Of a stretch of 64,000 nt of DNA, positions 62,705 to 64,000 are shown piece by piece. The notes under the pieces were generated by a model. That model was not told where the DNA came from. It saw only the letters and a program-made list of their open reading frames with translations, and ran no database searches. This DNA comes from Thermoplasmata archaeon (GTDB lineage Archaea > Thermoplasmatota > Thermoplasmata > Lutacidiplasmatales > UBA184): the NCBI GenBank assembly GCA_028864975.1, contig JAGWLG010000012.1:1-64000 (forward strand), written 5' to 3'. A program made the translations under genes and the position numbers. Position 1 is the first letter of the stretch. Each line of letters opens with the position of its first letter.

Positions 62705-64000
62705 GTGGCGTACGTCCTCCCCTCGACGGCCACCACCGGCGAGGCGGGCCGGCTGAAGGCCCTCGTGGCCAAGTACTTCCCGGTCTACGAGGTCCGCGTC
62801 ACCCAGAACTCGCTCATCATGGCCGTCCAGACGGACAAGGCCACGATGCCCCAGAAGTTCGACCAGCTCCGCCAGGAGCTCTGGCCGATGAACTACGTCC
62901 CGATGGTCCGGGAGCACTCGGGGGAGACGATCATCGAGGTGCTCCGGCGTCCGATGCGGACGACCTGGAAGCCCCTGACGAACGTCGTCATGCTCGTCGC
63001 GACCATCATCACCAGCCTCTTCGCCGGGGCCTTCCTCTGGGTGGCGTACGTCGGAGGCTCGAGCCTCGACGCTTCGGCCCTCCTCTGGGGGGCCCTGACC
63101 TTCGCGATCCCGCTCTTGGCGATCCTCGGGTTCCACGAGCTTGCCCACTTCGTGGTCGCGCGTCGGCACCATGTCGAGGCCTCGCTGCCGTTCTTCATCC
63201 CGATGCCCCCGCCCTTCGTCATCTTCGGGACCTTCGGGGCGTTCATCTCCCTTCGAGAGCCGATACCGGACCGGAAGGCTCTTGTCGACATCGGGGCGGC
63301 GGGGCCGATCGCGGGGTTCGCGCTCGCGGTACCCATCACGCTCGCCGGGCTCTTCCTCACCCAGCACCATCCGATCGCCCTCCCGCTCAACAACTGCGGG
63401 CCCAGCTTCCTCTCCATCCCGTACGGCAACCTGTCGTTCGGGTCCTCCGCCCTCTTCTACGCCCTGGCGCTCTTCTTCCCCAAGGCCTGGGTGGTCCAGC
63501 TCAACCCGCTCGCGATCGCGGGCTGGGTCGGCCTGCTGGTCACCGCGATCAACCTCCTCCCCGCGGGCCAATTGGATGGAGGGCACGTCTTTCGGGCCCT
63601 CTTCGGACCGAGAGCCGTCCTCGTGAGCTGGGTCTCGGTTGGGGCGCTCTTCTTCCTGGGCATCTGGTATCCGGGGTGGTGGATCTTCGGGTTCTTGATC
63701 CTCATCCTGGGGCCGCGCCATCCACCCCCTCTCAACGACATCACCCCGCTCGACTGGAAACGGCAGGGCATCGGGATCGCCGCGGCTGCCATCCTGATCA
63801 CGGGCTTCGTGGCCGTCCCGCTCTCCACGCCCACCGGAGGCTTCCACGTCACCCAGGACAACCTCGTGGCCGGTGGGAATATCCACAACTCCACCTACGC
63901 CAATCTGAGCCTTACGATCAACAACGACGACTTCGCCCCCCACGCGTTCTGGCTCTTCGTCGGTCTCGCCAAGAACAACACGACCTGGGCGCTCTGGAAC
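62705..64000 (+). CDS. Site-2 protease (peptidase M50), 3' end runs off the window
   Basis: Manual translation from GTG 62705: HELAH (HExxH), FIPMP, GTFGAFI, IGAAGPIAG, NLLPAGQLDGGH. Confidence 0.92.
   Translation, partial: MAYVLPSTATTGEAGRLKALVAKYFPVYEVRVTQNSLIMAVQTDKATMPQKFDQLRQELWPMNYVPMVREHSGETIIEVLRRPMRTTWKPLTNVVMLVATIITSLFAGAFLWVAYVGGSSLDASALLWGALTFAIPLLAILGFHELAHFVVARRHHVEASLPFFIPMPPPFVIFGTFGAFISLREPIPDRKALVDIGAAGPIAGFALAVPITLAGLFLTQHHPIALPLNNCGPSFLSIPYGNLSFGSSALFYALALFFPKAWVVQLNPLAIAGWVGLLVTAINLLPAGQLDGGHVFRALFGPRAVLVSWVSVGALFFLGIWYPGWWIFGFLILILGPRHPPPLNDITPLDWKRQGIGIAAAAILITGFVAVPLSTPTGGFHVTQDNLVAGGNIHNSTYANLSLTINNDDFAPHAFWLFVGLAKNNTTWALWN

Noticed and set aside
1-64000. Transposase, integrase, prophage or named defence system; Sec/Pyl readthrough
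   Set aside because: No DDE, tyrosine/serine recombinase, capsid or cas motifs were recognised. The SMC locus is canonical Smc-ScpAB, not Wadjet/MksBEFG. No recognised gene needs a stop codon read through.

Overview
A GC-rich (about two-thirds GC by eye) archaeal chromosomal window. EgsA, an archaeal-type LeuRS, DUF835/DUF2116/DUF5611/UPF0179 proteins, a PPAT-ITPase fusion and many PKD/Kelch surface proteins point to Thermoplasmata (inference; possibly a terrestrial UBA184/Lutacidiplasmatales-like lineage). Housekeeping blocks: egsA-UPF0179, queE/leuS, kinase-dcd-HDAC, MEMO-HIT, smc-scpA-scpB, a 2-oxoacid dehydrogenase operon with two E1-alpha genes plus lipB, coaD, galU-uxs-ugd, an orphan DNA methyltransferase and a site-2 protease. 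Surface genes between them: phosphoesterase-Ig-PKD, BNR propeller, S53 peptidase, a claudin-like tetraspan protein, an InlB-like repeat protein, and a 4,162-aa Kelch/YVTN/34xIg giant. The best signals not explained by gene names are: (1) a tRNA-Pro(UGG) with a 34-nt intron in the D-loop and a relaxed BHB; (2) a duplicated leader element in which a covarying hairpin buries the ribosome-binding site just before an identical MRSK start; (3) the higher-order repeat grammar of the giant protein; (4) recurrent PPxY/zinc-ribbon Pro-rich tails on unrelated membrane proteins; (5) a start-less Pro/Cys/NGT repeat frame. I found no CRISPR array, rRNA, transposase or integrase. All family assignments come from motif recognition, not database searches. 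Many starts were trimmed from the over-extended ORF track.
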